Of a DNA stretch of 64,000 nucleotides, positions 22,310 through 33,845 are shown one piece after another. The translations under genes were made by a program, and so were the position numbers. The stretch lies in contig JAPLME010000006.1 of the NCBI GenBank assembly GCA_026387175.1, positions 44,078 to 108,077 of the forward strand, given 5' to 3'. The first letter of the stretch is position 1. Every line of letters begins with the position of its first letter. The notes beneath the pieces are model-generated. The model saw only the letters and a program-made list of their open reading frames with translations. It searched no databases and had not been told where the DNA came from. Origin of the DNA: Candidatus Omnitrophota bacterium (GTDB lineage: Bacteria; Omnitrophota; Gorgyraeia; 2-01-FULL-45-10).

Positions 22310-23112
22310 TACTTCTTCGCCTCTTGTTTAAAGCTCGCATCAAAACCGCCCATTCCGCCCTCCGGCGATAGTATAAGCTTAGGTTTGCCGGAAAGCGTCA
22401 CTTTTTTATCGGTCTCAGAATAGCTTGCTCTTTGGCTGAATGTCGTGTTATCACCTCTTACTATCTTCACATTTCCATCCGCAATTATCTCCGTAAGCCT
22501 TCTTGTAGCGGGATCGAGATTAACCGTTATCTTGTCCGCGTCGATAGTTCCGTCTTCGCTCACAACCTTGACATTCTTAAGGAAGAACGCCTGGTTCTTC
22601 TCGTAATCAAACTGTACCTCGCCGTCGCAAGTTATCACGGTCTTCGATTTTTTAGGTTTTTCGCCTTTGGCGGCATCGGGCTTCTTATCCTTAGCTTGCC
22701 CGGCGCCTTCCACAAAGTCCCCCGTAAACCCTTTAGTCGCCAGGATGGTCGCATGCACATTCTTCTCAAGCATTACATTGTTCTTGTTCCTGTCGTAGAC
22801 GCCCTTATCGGCCGTGATGACGGCCTCCGATTCCTCGCCGTACGCCGATGCGATTATGTTATCCAGTTTGACCCTGTTCTCGGATATGGCCTCGGCTGAC
22901 TCCCCTTTCACATCCCACTTCTTAACGCCGCGCTCCGTCAGCCCTTCCAGGTTAAATGAAAGGACCTTATGGTTCACCGCGTCGCCCTGAGTCTTATCCG
23001 CAGCCTCCGGGGCCTTAGCCTCTTTCGCCTTCGGCTCTTCCTTATTGCCGCAGCCTCCTGTAAACAAAAATACGACCAGCAGCGCTACTGTGAGATTTCT
23101 CATATTATTCAT
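22309..23112 (-). CDS. LptA/LptC-family (OstA-like) lipoprotein
   Basis: Signal peptide with a lipobox (LFTGGC) followed by an OstA-like beta-jellyroll region. Start chosen at an internal Met adjacent to the upstream gene's stop; the ORF opens at 23196. Confidence 0.55.
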   Translation of the reverse strand: MNNMRNLTVALLVVFLFTGGCGNKEEPKAKEAKAPEAADKTQGDAVNHKVLSFNLEGLTERGVKKWDVKGESAEAISENRVKLDNIIASAYGEESEAVITADKGVYDRNKNNVMLEKNVHATILATKGFTGDFVEGAGQAKDKKPDAAKGEKPKKSKTVITCDGEVQFDYEKNQAFFLKNVKVVSEDGTIDADKITVNLDPATRRLTEIIADGNVKIVRGDNTTFSQRASYSETDKKVTLSGKPKLILSPEGGMGGFDASFKQEAKK

Positions 23113-23999
23113 TTTGGCCTCGTCTTCCATCTTCTGTGCATCCAGACCCATTGATCCGGATACTTTCTGATATAGGACTCCACAACGTCCGACCATCTTC
23201 TCGTATTGGTTAAAATATCCGCTTCCTTATCACCGGTATCCGTTATCTCGATCGGCTTATCTATCATCAAAGTATGATTGCCGTCTTCTCTTCTTATTAT
23301 GAACGCCGGTACAATGGCGGCTCCGCTGGCCATCGCCAGCGCGGCAGGCCCCACAGGCGTATAAGCCGGCTTGCCGAAGAAATCGACGAATACGCCCTCT
23401 ACCGAATCGACATCCTGGTCGGCAAGCATACCTATTATCCCGCCTGCCTTCAGAATTTTCAGTATCCCTCTCGGCGACTGATCGCGATAGATGACATTGA
23501 CATCGGTCAACTTGCGCAGGTAATTAAGATACCGGTCGTATTTATGAAAATAGAGGCGTCTGCCTACTACCGAGCCAGGGTACTCTTTAACCTTCATCGT
23601 AGCAGCGAGCAGCTCCCAGTTGCCGAAATGGGCGGTGAGCATGATAACGCCCTTGCCCCTTTTAAGCTCATCCTCCAATATGCCTATATTCTCTATGTGG
23701 ACAAGGTTGTCTATATTAGACTTATTGATCTTAGGGAAATTGACAAGCTCTGCTCCGGTCTTACCCAGATTCTCAAAGACTTTAATAGCGAGACGCTTTA
23801 TTTCGGCTTCGTCCTTTTCAGGAAAGGCAAACCTCAGATTAGCTATTGTCAGATTCCTGTATTTCCCTGCCAGCGCGAAACCGATCCTGCCCAGCCAGGC
23901 CGCTATTGCGGCAGCGGCCCTGATCGGCATTAAATAGAATATGAATACGAGGCATCTGCCCCAATAGTAGAGATAATACCTCCTGAACTTGAATTTCAT
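23109..23999 (-). CDS. LpxL/HtrB-family lipid A (Kdo2-lipid IVA) late acyltransferase
   Basis: 296 aa; N-terminal TM segment and an HFGNWE acyltransferase motif (HX4E-like). Confidence 0.7.
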   Translation of the reverse strand: MKFKFRRYYLYYWGRCLVFIFYLMPIRAAAAIAAWLGRIGFALAGKYRNLTIANLRFAFPEKDEAEIKRLAIKVFENLGKTGAELVNFPKINKSNIDNLVHIENIGILEDELKRGKGVIMLTAHFGNWELLAATMKVKEYPGSVVGRRLYFHKYDRYLNYLRKLTDVNVIYRDQSPRGILKILKAGGIIGMLADQDVDSVEGVFVDFFGKPAYTPVGPAALAMASGAAIVPAFIIRREDGNHTLMIDKPIEITDTGDKEADILTNTRRWSDVVESYIRKYPDQWVWMHRRWKTRPK

Positions 24000-24148
24000 A
24001 TACGCTAATCACTATATAATAGTAGGGCGGGTTTGTCAATCTCTTCGCTACGGCGAAAATATCTTATAAACATTTCAGTCCGGCGTTTACTTTCGGTCAA
24101 TGCTTCCGCTTGCCGCTCGCTCGGAATAGGCTTCCTCGCTCGCTGTTG

Positions 24149-24199
24149 ATAAAATTTCGATGATGAAGCCTGTACCGCCTATATGTATCGAAATTTTAT
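24149..24199. repeat. 13-bp perfect inverted repeat (ataaaatttcgat / atcgaaattttat) separated by 25 nt
   Basis: Direct reading of the long intergenic region between the lpxL-like gene and gap. Confidence 0.8.
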
Positions 24200-24259
24200 A
24201 AAGTCGCTCCAGCATCGCCCGAAAGTTCCGCCATCTGACATATCCATATAATATTTTCG

Positions 24260-24460
24260 CCTTCGCTCCCCGGAAGATTTTTCGGCTCGCTCAGCAGGCC
24301 CTTGCGGGGTGGGTGTTGAGCGGGGCGTCGAAAGTCGCGAGCGGGCACGGATTTTTGGTCCTGGTATGCTTGCATGCCAAAAAGAGCGAGCGACCTTTCC
24401 GAGCGAAATTTCCTCGCAGGGGAAATTTCGCGTCCCCGCGATGCACCCACCCCGCAAGGG
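24260..24460. repeat. Copy B of the multi-hairpin intergenic repeat element
   Basis: Matches 8250-8453. Terminal stem cccttgcggggtgggtg / cacccaccccgcaaggg differs from copy A, but the changes are mutually compensatory. The internal hairpins are conserved. Confidence 0.85.
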
Positions 24461-24489
24461 ACGGGTCAGGAAGGACCGAAAAATCTCAC

Positions 24490-24540
24490 CAATAAAACAG
24501 GCGCCCCTAGCTAATAAGCTGAGGGGCGCCGTCTTTTTTA
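24490..24540 (-). terminator. Rho-independent terminator downstream of gap (stem-loop flanked by T-rich runs on both strands)
   Basis: ggcgcccct-agctaataagctg-aggggcgcc stem-loop at 24500-24530. T-run gtctttttta on the plus strand and UGUUUUAUU on the minus transcript. Confidence 0.6.
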
Positions 24541-24554
24541 CACCGTACCTCTGT

Positions 24555-25667
<1,113 letters not shown>

Positions 25668-25697
25668 TTATTTTTCCAGCATTTTTTATCTGAGGGC

Positions 25698-27002
25698 TTA
25701 CTTCCCTCTCAGGAATATGAGAAAATCGGCGGGATTGATCACTCCGAGGATATTGCCGAATTCATCTTTCACTATTATGATCTCACCCTTCCTTGCCTCG
25801 ACCTTGCTTAGCGCGGACTTGAGCGAAGTGTGGGGTCCGACCGTTATGAAGCGCCTCTGCATGACCTTTGTGACGGATGAGTCGAGCTCGTGCAGCAACG
25901 CCTCGGGGATCTTAAAGAGGACCTCCTTATTTATACTACTCAATTTTTCTCTAACGAAGTCGTACAGGACCGTGACCATTATCCTCTTATAGCTGATCGC
26001 CATCGGCATGAACGGCTTTCCTTCGATAAAATTCAGATGTGTCTCTAGGCTCGATTGGCCCGTCTCCTGGTCGATGGCCAGAAGGTATCTGAGCGAACTG
26101 TCCGGTATCGCGTCCACTCTCTCTTCCGGTATCGCCGCTAGATACGCGAGCTCATACACATCTTTCTCGTCCAGATCCAGAAAACTGTAATTATCCTTAA
26201 TATGGAAAGCGATCTCCCTATCCTGGTCCCTGTAGTTGGAAACGTATTTTTCGAATGTATCTACGGCATCCGCGAGGAATACACCGAGCGCGACATCGAC
26301 ATTATAAAGAAGCCCGGCGGCAACCATAGCCGCGTCGTCCGACTGCCCCGGTCCGACGTGATGGCGAATATACATGTACTTGATATGCTTTGGAAGACTG
26401 CGCTTCTTATTGTCCGGGTCCACTATCAGCCCGGATGATTTATAATAGTTCAGCCGATCCTCATGCTCCTGGTGGGCAAGCACTTCACCGTCAAGGCCCA
26501 TCTCTTCCATTATTTTAACATTGACTAGGTAACATTTGCCGTAACCGATATTGATGCCGTACAGCTCCTGGGTCTTCTTCCTTATATCGGGGTTATCTCT
26601 GAGGCCGCCCAGATACAGGCCTTTAAGTATATCGTGGTAATTTACGGTCCTGTCTTTGAACTGCGGAATTCCAAGAAGCGGTCTGCCGTTTTTTGTGACG
26701 AGCCTGTCCCTCGGGTCGTCCTCTATAGCGCTGTCGGCGTACTCGAATATCTCATCGATAAGTTCCTGGCGCTTCGTCTTTATGACTTTCGGGCTCCTGC
26801 CGAGGGCGCTTACGATATCGTCTATGGTGGTATTTACGTAGAAACGTTTATTGAATGCGCCGGCGCCGTTATGGGCGCGGCCCTCTATGGACTGCATGAA
26901 GACAAGGTCTTCTATTCTGGGGATCGTGCAGAGCCTCTCCGAGGTCTTCAGATTGCGGAAATCCTGCTGGATCAGTTCGGCCAGCGCTATCTTCTTCGGC
27001 AT
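25698..27002 (-). CDS. Hypothetical protein with a C-terminal CBS domain; no recognisable catalytic family
   Basis: 434 aa ORF. The C-terminal ~60 aa (VGPHTSLKSAL...IIIVKDEFGNILGVINPADFL) look like a CBS motif. The N-terminal ~350 aa match no family I can recall. Confidence 0.5.
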   Translation of the reverse strand: MPKKIALAELIQQDFRNLKTSERLCTIPRIEDLVFMQSIEGRAHNGAGAFNKRFYVNTTIDDIVSALGRSPKVIKTKRQELIDEIFEYADSAIEDDPRDRLVTKNGRPLLGIPQFKDRTVNYHDILKGLYLGGLRDNPDIRKKTQELYGINIGYGKCYLVNVKIMEEMGLDGEVLAHQEHEDRLNYYKSSGLIVDPDNKKRSLPKHIKYMYIRHHVGPGQSDDAAMVAAGLLYNVDVALGVFLADAVDTFEKYVSNYRDQDREIAFHIKDNYSFLDLDEKDVYELAYLAAIPEERVDAIPDSSLRYLLAIDQETGQSSLETHLNFIEGKPFMPMAISYKRIMVTVLYDFVREKLSSINKEVLFKIPEALLHELDSSVTKVMQRRFITVGPHTSLKSALSKVEARKGEIIIVKDEFGNILGVINPADFLIFLRGK

Positions 27003-27048
27003 AATTGATGAATTATATCACAGCGCCGTTTTTATGCAAGAACATACT

Positions 27049-27987
27049 CTATATGAAGATATCGCCGGCGTGTAACCTGTGGCCGCGGAGGAACGAATCG
27101 GCGTCGAGAACCTTCCCACCCTCGAGCTGAAGATATTTTATCGCTATAGTTCCGGAGCCGGTATTCATCACGATGCCCTTGCCTCTTATTGTATCAAGGA
27201 CCTCTCCCGGCTTAACCCCGTCCCTGGCCGGATAATCGGTAAGTTCGGTATTCAATATCTTCAACGTTTTACCTGAAGCGCTCGTATATGCGCTCGGCCA
27301 CGGCAATAGGCCTCTGACTCTGTTATGTATAATTCTCGCGGGCTGGCCCCAGTCGATAATGCCGTCTTCCTTCTTCAATTTAGGGGCCAGAGTAGCCAGG
27401 GTTTTGTCCTGAGGTTTAAAAACCACTCTTCCGGATTCTATCAATTCCATCGCTTCGATAAGCGCCTTAGCGCCAAGGGCCGAAAGTGTTTCATTAAGCG
27501 TGATATTAGTATCTTCTTCATTTATCATAACTTCGCGTCTCAATATTATGTCGCCTTCATCCATCCGCTCGTTCATCCTGATAATAGTAACGCCGCTCGT
27601 CTTATCGCCGTTAATTATCGCCCAGTTGGTCGGCGCGGCTCCGCGGTACTTGGGGAGAAGCGAGCCATGCAGATTTATCGCCGAGAGTCTTGGGACGGAT
27701 AGTGCTTCGGGCTTCAGTATCTGGCCAAACGCGATAACCACGAATAGGTCCGCGCCCAGCTTCTTCAGATATTCAATAGCTTCGCGGCTGGATGCGTCCT
27801 CCGGCTGATAAACGGGAATGCCGTGTGTCTCGGCCACAATCTTAGTCAGCGGAGGCTGGATCTTCAGATTGCGCCCGCGCTTTCTGTCCGGCTGCGTTAC
27901 GAGCGCCAGCACCTTATGCTTCGAGGCAATAAGCGCCTTAAACGCCGGAATGGCAAACTCCGCAGTGCCAAAGAAAACAATATTCAT
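27049..27987 (-). CDS. fmt: Methionyl-tRNA formyltransferase
   Basis: 312 aa; N-terminal IVFFGT..F formyltransferase domain and the SLLPKYRGAAP motif. Confidence 0.85.
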   Translation of the reverse strand: MNIVFFGTAEFAIPAFKALIASKHKVLALVTQPDRKRGRNLKIQPPLTKIVAETHGIPVYQPEDASSREAIEYLKKLGADLFVVIAFGQILKPEALSVPRLSAINLHGSLLPKYRGAAPTNWAIINGDKTSGVTIIRMNERMDEGDIILRREVMINEEDTNITLNETLSALGAKALIEAMELIESGRVVFKPQDKTLATLAPKLKKEDGIIDWGQPARIIHNRVRGLLPWPSAYTSASGKTLKILNTELTDYPARDGVKPGEVLDTIRGKGIVMNTGSGTIAIKYLQLEGGKVLDADSFLRGHRLHAGDIFI

Positions 27988-27999
27988 CTCTACTCCCCC

Positions 28000-30000
28000 T
28001 CACATAGAAATAGGGTCTACGTCGACCGCTATCAGGACGCCGTGCGGTTTACGGAAACTGCCGAGGACTTTCCTCAGCAGGGCGCATATAGCGGTCTTGT
28101 CCTTACCCTTCATTAATATATTATACCTGAAGTATCCGCGCATCCTGGCCATCGGCGCCGGAGCAGGCCCAGAGAACATCGCGTCCTTATCTTCCGCCCT
28201 TATAGCTTCCGCCAGCTCGTCCGCCGTCTGATGCGTGAATTCTTCATTTCTTGCCCTCACCACCACCTTGACTAAATTGATGAACGGGGGGAATAGGAGC
28301 TCTTTGCGCGACACTATCTCCTCCTCGTAGAACTTGTCATAATCGTGCTTGGCCGCCGCAAGTATCGCGTAATGGTCCGGCGTGTAGGTCTGAACTATGA
28401 CCTCTCCGCCGTCCTCACCGCGGCCCGCCCTTCCTCCCACCTGGGTAAGTAAATTAAATGTCCTCTCGCTCGAGCGAAAGTCGGGGATATTCAACGTGAC
28501 ATCCGCCGAGACGACCCCGACGAGCGTCACCTGAGGAAAATCGAGGCCCTTCGCGATCATCTGCGTCCCGACCAGCATCTTCACTTCGCCCGACTTAAAC
28601 CTGCTCAATATCCTATCATGAGATCCTTTTTTTGCGGTAGTATCCGAATCCATTCTGGCTATTTTGATATTAGCGAAAGCATGGCTCATCTCCGACTCCA
28701 CTTTCTCAGTGCCGAGGCCGAAATATCTTATGTAACCGGATTTGCATTTCGGGCATATGTCGGGCGGGGGTTGATGATAGTTGCAATAGTGGCATACGAG
28801 CTTCTTCTCCTCAAAATGATAGACCATGACCGCATCGCACCGTCTGCATTTCATGACGAACCCGCACTTCTTGCAGTTAATGAACGTCGAGAAGCCGCGC
28901 CTGTTCAGGAATATTATAACCTGATTACCCGCCTTGAGGGCTTTATCTATGGCATCCAGCAGCACCTTCGAGAATACGGTTATCCTCTTCCTCGTAGCAA
29001 GTTCCATCCTCATATCGACGATCTTCATCTTGGGCAGGAGCCTGTCCTCGATACGTCTGGTAAGGCGTATAAGCTTATAGTCGCCGTGTTTTGCCTTATA
29101 ATATGATTCGAGCGAAGGCGTCGCGCTTCCCAATATGAGCGGGCATTTATTCAGTCTGGATCTCTCCTCGGCCACATCGCGCGCGTGGTAACGCGGAACG
29201 TCATCCTGTTTATACGTCGTCTCATGCTCTTCATCTATTATTATGAGACCGAGCCGCGACATGGGGCTGAATATGGCCGAGCGCGCCCCGACGACTATAT
29301 CAGCCTTGTCGTCTTTTATCTTCTTCCATTCCAGAAATCTTTTCGCTGGAGTGAGGTGAGAATGGATGACCGCTACACGATGGCCGAACCTGGAGACAAA
29401 ACGCTCTATCGTCTGCGGCGTCAACGCTATCTCCGGCACGAGCATGATAGCCTGCTTGCCTTTCTGCAAGACTATTTCTATGGCCTGCAAATAAACCTCC
29501 GTCTTGCCGCTGGCAGTTATGCCGTGAAGGAGGAATGTCCGGGGCTCATTTTTATCGATAGACTCCTCTATCTCTTTCAGTGCTCTTCCCTGCTCCTCCA
29601 TCAGGACATGGGGCTCCGTTATCACAAAATCTTCCGCTCTCATTTCCGGGACCTTGATCCTCGACCCGATACTCTCTTTGCCCTTCCTTATGCCGCCGGG
29701 TATAACCGCGCCTATCGCCTCTCCCCATGAACAGAAGTAATTTTCGCCTATCCATTTCGTAAGCTTCAACAGTTCGTCCGTCAGGATGGGCTCTTTATCA
29801 ATAACTCCTTTTATTTCCTTCACATCCTTCACTTCGGCAACGTCATTTAAGCCCACTACATATCCTACAATGGTCCTGGGGCCGAACGGGATAAATACCC
29901 TCGCGCCTATCCTCACATCATTATAAAGCCCTTCCGGTATCCTGTACTGGAAGAGCTTGTCGACCGGCAACGATACGGCAACCTCAGCGAATTTTGTCAT
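28000..30000 (-). CDS. priA: Primosomal protein N' (replication restart helicase)
   Basis: 666 aa; Walker A GITASGKTEVY, DEEH box, and the Cys-rich zinc-binding region CKKCGF...CRRCD...CHYC...CPKC. Confidence 0.85.
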   Translation of the reverse strand: MTKFAEVAVSLPVDKLFQYRIPEGLYNDVRIGARVFIPFGPRTIVGYVVGLNDVAEVKDVKEIKGVIDKEPILTDELLKLTKWIGENYFCSWGEAIGAVIPGGIRKGKESIGSRIKVPEMRAEDFVITEPHVLMEEQGRALKEIEESIDKNEPRTFLLHGITASGKTEVYLQAIEIVLQKGKQAIMLVPEIALTPQTIERFVSRFGHRVAVIHSHLTPAKRFLEWKKIKDDKADIVVGARSAIFSPMSRLGLIIIDEEHETTYKQDDVPRYHARDVAEERSRLNKCPLILGSATPSLESYYKAKHGDYKLIRLTRRIEDRLLPKMKIVDMRMELATRKRITVFSKVLLDAIDKALKAGNQVIIFLNRRGFSTFINCKKCGFVMKCRRCDAVMVYHFEEKKLVCHYCNYHQPPPDICPKCKSGYIRYFGLGTEKVESEMSHAFANIKIARMDSDTTAKKGSHDRILSRFKSGEVKMLVGTQMIAKGLDFPQVTLVGVVSADVTLNIPDFRSSERTFNLLTQVGGRAGRGEDGGEVIVQTYTPDHYAILAAAKHDYDKFYEEEIVSRKELLFPPFINLVKVVVRARNEEFTHQTADELAEAIRAEDKDAMFSGPAPAPMARMRGYFRYNILMKGKDKTAICALLRKVLGSFRKPHGVLIAVDVDPISM

Positions 30001-30004
30001 TTGA

Positions 30005-30721
30005 TCACAATAATTTCTTAATCTTTTTCATGTCAGCCCAGGCCAGTTTTTTATCCTGCGGGTTTCTGAGAAGATATGCGGGATGGAACGTCGGCATCAC
30101 CTTTATACCTTCGTATTCATAAAAACTACCGCGAAGCCGGCTTATGGTGGTTTCCGTGTTGAGGAGCGTCTGGCTCGCGAATTTTCCCAATGTGCATATG
30201 ACTTTCGGTTTTATTATGGCTATCTGACGCCTCACGTTCTCCCTGCAGGCCGATATCTCCTCAGGAAGCGGCGCGCGGTTATTGGGCGGCCTGCACTTTA
30301 ATATATTAGCGATATAAACGTCTTCCCGTTCCAAGCCCATAGCCTCTATTATCTTGGTCAGGAGCTGTCCGGCGCGTCCGACGAATGGCAGGCCCTGGAT
30401 GTCCTCTTCCGAGCCCGGCGCCTCGCCGACGAACATTAACCTGGCTCTCGAGTTACCGGCGCCGAAGACGACATTCAATCTCGTCTTAGATAGACCGCAG
30501 GCTCTGCATCGCAACACTTCCTTTTTCAGAGCTTCAAGCTGCTGCTTTACGTCTCCGCTTGCCGAAGTCTTTGCGCTTCCCGCCGCAGGCTGCGAAGAAA
30601 ACAATTCCTCCGTCCCGGACTCTTTTTCAAATTCGATATACGATTTAACCGATCTTAAAATAGTTAAAATAGGGGACAGCGCCCTATTTTCCCTATTTTC
30701 ATTCACGCTACCATGGTTCAT
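30005..30721 (-). CDS. Family 4 uracil-DNA glycosylase with a ~50 aa N-terminal extension
   Basis: RCRACGL...[23 protein letters not shown]...HPAYLLRNP motifs of thermostable-type (family 4) UDG. Confidence 0.8.
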   Translation of the reverse strand: MNHGSVNENRENRALSPILTILRSVKSYIEFEKESGTEELFSSQPAAGSAKTSASGDVKQQLEALKKEVLRCRACGLSKTRLNVVFGAGNSRARLMFVGEAPGSEEDIQGLPFVGRAGQLLTKIIEAMGLEREDVYIANILKCRPPNNRAPLPEEISACRENVRRQIAIIKPKVICTLGKFASQTLLNTETTISRLRGSFYEYEGIKVMPTFHPAYLLRNPQDKKLAWADMKKIKKLL

Positions 30722-31851
30722 TTCGCGCTCGCAGTCTCAATAGCCAGTTTCGCCACATCGTAACAGGCCTCCGGCTTCTTTATCTTCTGTATCTCGCTTC
30801 TCATTTTGACCAATCTTTCAGGATGGGCCGTCAACTTCTCCAGAGCATCCTTAAGGTCTTCTATCCTATCCACCTTAATTGCCGCGCCGTGCCTTACGAT
30901 AAATGAACTATTGCGGGTCTCCTGTCCTATGATCGGAGCTATCACCATCATCGGAAGCTCCTTCGCAAGACTCTCGCTCACCGTTATACCACCCGACTTG
31001 GAGATCAGGAGGTCCGCTATCTCCATATATTCATATACATTATTTACAAAGCCAAAGACGGCCATCTTGTCCTTAAATTTCGGCTTTAAGGCCTCGAGCC
31101 TCTTCACAAGCTCTTCATTATGGCCGCATACAGCTATTATCTGTATCGGGCGGGATATGCTGTCTATCGTCTTCACTATGGCCTCGATCGGCCCGACGCC
31201 GAATCCTCCGCCTATAACGAGTATCGTCAGGCGGTCATCGCCGAGCCCCAGCTTATTCAATATCGCTTTTCCATCTACGGGTTTTGAAAATACCGGCTCT
31301 ATAGGTATGCCTAAAACCTTTATTTTAGATTCCTCAACCTTCCACTTCAAGAGATCGCACTTGGTATCTTCTCCGGCTACCACATAAACATCCGTCTCTC
31401 CCGCTATCCACCATGAGTGCAGCCTGTAATCGGTAACGACCGTGATAAGGCGGGAGTCGAGAGCGCCTGCCTTCTTCATATCTCCTATGACCTCGCTTGC
31501 GAAGAAATGCGTAGAGATTATTACGTCCGGCTTCCATGATAATAGATATTCGCGCAGTTTTGCGGAATTGAACCAATTGTTAAGCCTTCTCATTTGTGAG
31601 ACGATCAGGTTAATGAACGGATTGTCCGTAAGATAATAGGAGATCCCCCAGAGAGTGGGCGTCTTATTTACCATGAAGAGATATATCTGCAGATATGACC
31701 ATTTGAATGACTCGCTGGTATAATCGAGCGCGTCTATTATGCGCACCTCCGTATCCGCCGGCTTCATCTCATCGAGCGCCGCCTTCACGGCCAGGGCCGC
31801 CTTTTTATGGCCTATGCCGGCCGTCGCATACGCTATCAATATCTTTTTCAT
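30718..31851 (-). CDS. MGDG-synthase-like / UgtP-type (GT28) diacylglycerol glycosyltransferase
   Basis: N-terminal [18 protein letters not shown] (MGDG_synth domain) and a C-terminal GT-B domain. Start set at MKKILIAY, directly adjacent to the gmhB stop; the ORF opens at 31920. Confidence 0.65.
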   Translation of the reverse strand: MKKILIAYATAGIGHKKAALAVKAALDEMKPADTEVRIIDALDYTSESFKWSYLQIYLFMVNKTPTLWGISYYLTDNPFINLIVSQMRRLNNWFNSAKLREYLLSWKPDVIISTHFFASEVIGDMKKAGALDSRLITVVTDYRLHSWWIAGETDVYVVAGEDTKCDLLKWKVEESKIKVLGIPIEPVFSKPVDGKAILNKLGLGDDRLTILVIGGGFGVGPIEAIVKTIDSISRPIQIIAVCGHNEELVKRLEALKPKFKDKMAVFGFVNNVYEYMEIADLLISKSGGITVSESLAKELPMMVIAPIIGQETRNSSFIVRHGAAIKVDRIEDLKDALEKLTAHPERLVKMRSEIQKIKKPEACYDVAKLAIETASAK

Positions 31852-32456
31852 TGTTTCCTGCCTTCCCTTTCTCTTCGCATCGACCTTTCGGATTTCCTTC
31901 TCTCTTTTACAAGCAGCCACTTCACCGCCTCCAGGAGGTCCTTAAAGATATAGTCCGGCTTAACGCTCCACTTTCTCATCTCATCCCTGGTGGTCTTGCC
32001 GGAAAGCACAAATATAGTATTCAGTCCCGCGCTCTTGCCGGCCAGGACATCGACCTCGCTGTCCCCTATTATAAAGGTATCGCGGGCCGTAACGCTGTAT
32101 TTCTTAATGGCCTGTTCGAGCATGCCGGGTTTGGGTTTCCTGCAATTGCAATTATCCTCGTTCGTATGGACGCAATAATAGACCTCGCTTATCTTGCCGC
32201 TATTCTTTTTAATTTCGGAGAGCATCATGCAGGTTATTTCGTCCAGCCTCTCTTTCGAAAAGTACCCCTTATTCACACCGGCCTGGTTCGATACTATCAC
32301 GACCTGCACTCTGTTACGGTTTAAGAGAGCCAGGGCCTCGAGCGCGCCCGGAAGAAAATGGAAATCTTTCAGCTCGGCCACATATTGATGCCTTGTCCAG
32401 CCGCCGGGATCTTTATTAACCACACCGTCTCTATCTATAAAGATCGTCTTTATCAT
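31848..32456 (-). CDS. gmhB: D-glycero-D-manno-heptose 1,7-bisphosphate phosphatase (HAD-IIIA)
   Basis: FIDRDGVVN (DxDG) ... the CxCRKPKPGM zinc-binding motif ... GDSEVD. Confidence 0.75.
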   Translation of the reverse strand: MIKTIFIDRDGVVNKDPGGWTRHQYVAELKDFHFLPGALEALALLNRNRVQVVIVSNQAGVNKGYFSKERLDEITCMMLSEIKKNSGKISEVYYCVHTNEDNCNCRKPKPGMLEQAIKKYSVTARDTFIIGDSEVDVLAGKSAGLNTIFVLSGKTTRDEMRKWSVKPDYIFKDLLEAVKWLLVKERRKSERSMRREREGRKQ

Positions 32457-33832
32457 AATTTAATATCCTCTTTCAACATATAGGCGAGCCACAATACGAG
32501 AAGCGGCAGGAAATGGAGCAGAAACCTGCCCCAGGTCTTGCTCGCGAAGAATACCACATCTACATAGGATATCATATAAAAGACCACATACCCGCAAAAG
32601 GCCAATATAAGCGATATCGATATATATTTCTGCGCGCCGGTGAATATCTTCCTGTAATTGAATATCGCGGCAAATATCGCGATGGGCCACAACAGGATCC
32701 ACTTCTTCGGGCCAAATAGCTGCTTCTGGAGCTCATAAAATATCGGCCCTAATTTAGGAAGCTGTTTCAATAGATACACAGGGTTCAGGTTAAGCAGGTT
32801 TATCTCGTCGTTCACGATCCCGAACCTCGCCTTTATCCATATCCACGGCGCGAGGATGATTCCGATCACGGCAAGATAGAGGATCGGAGCATAAATCGTC
32901 TTTACGGAAGTTTCTTTACGGGTCGTAATGGAAAGATAAATCACAAGAGATGCGTTTATCGCGCAATATAGCATACCCTCATTCTTCGTCCATCCGGCAA
33001 GGGCCACCATCACCGCCGACACAGCCAAAAACCGCAGGTCCTTCCTGTCCTCGATCCAGGCCAGGAGAAAGACGGCGCTCGCGAAGTAGTAGAAAGCTAG
33101 CGGCAACTCCTGATAAGCGTTGGCCGCGTAAGAATTAAACATCGGAATGCTTGCCAGCAGGAATGTGAAGACGAGCGCGTATGTACGGCTAGCGAAGCGC
33201 CTTATGGCGAAATATAGAACCGAGAGTATTCCCAGAAAGAATAACGGAAAGATGATCTTGACCAATTGGTCGTTCAGATTCCGCATTGCCAGATACATAA
33301 AAGTTTCGGTAAGCGGTATGTTCAGCGGATAGTCCGGATGCGGAAAACCGTGGACAAGGCTGGGAAAATAAGTATCGGGTATAGCCTTAGCCAGAAAAAA
33401 TATCTTCGACTTTATAGCATATATGGCTACAGCATCATAAGCCTCAATAGGCTTGATGAGCGCTCTGAAAAAAGCATATACCACCTCAAGCGTTATACCT
33501 GACGCCAGAAAGATATTCAAAAATCGATTTTTCTCATCGCTTACCGGAGGCTGATCGGCAAAGATAAACCTGCTGCCGGACTTTACATACCGGTACGCAT
33601 TTATCGCTACAAGAAAAGCCCACGGAATCAATATTCCGGAGATGCTGAACTTCAGGCCAAGTAAATAAAATAGGAGCATCTCGAGAGATATGAATCCGAC
33701 TCCCAAGGCATACGAGATGAAAGCCGTTTCTGTAAGATATAGCCTATTGAACCCTCCGGCGATCAAATACAGGATGTTAAACCCTATAAATGCGGCGGTT
33801 ATTAAGACAGTGGCTAAACTGATAAGTTCCAA
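32453..33832 (-). CDS. Polytopic membrane protein, possibly a GT-C-type glycosyltransferase
   Basis: 459 aa with roughly 12 predicted TM helices. An acidic first-loop motif (IEAYDAV) resembles the DE/DD motifs of GT-C enzymes. Weak. Confidence 0.35.
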   Translation of the reverse strand: MELISLATVLITAAFIGFNILYLIAGGFNRLYLTETAFISYALGVGFISLEMLLFYLLGLKFSISGILIPWAFLVAINAYRYVKSGSRFIFADQPPVSDEKNRFLNIFLASGITLEVVYAFFRALIKPIEAYDAVAIYAIKSKIFFLAKAIPDTYFPSLVHGFPHPDYPLNIPLTETFMYLAMRNLNDQLVKIIFPLFFLGILSVLYFAIRRFASRTYALVFTFLLASIPMFNSYAANAYQELPLAFYYFASAVFLLAWIEDRKDLRFLAVSAVMVALAGWTKNEGMLYCAINASLVIYLSITTRKETSVKTIYAPILYLAVIGIILAPWIWIKARFGIVNDEINLLNLNPVYLLKQLPKLGPIFYELQKQLFGPKKWILLWPIAIFAAIFNYRKIFTGAQKYISISLILAFCGYVVFYMISYVDVVFFASKTWGRFLLHFLPLLVLWLAYMLKEDIKL

Positions 33833-33845
33833 AGGCGTTATTCCT

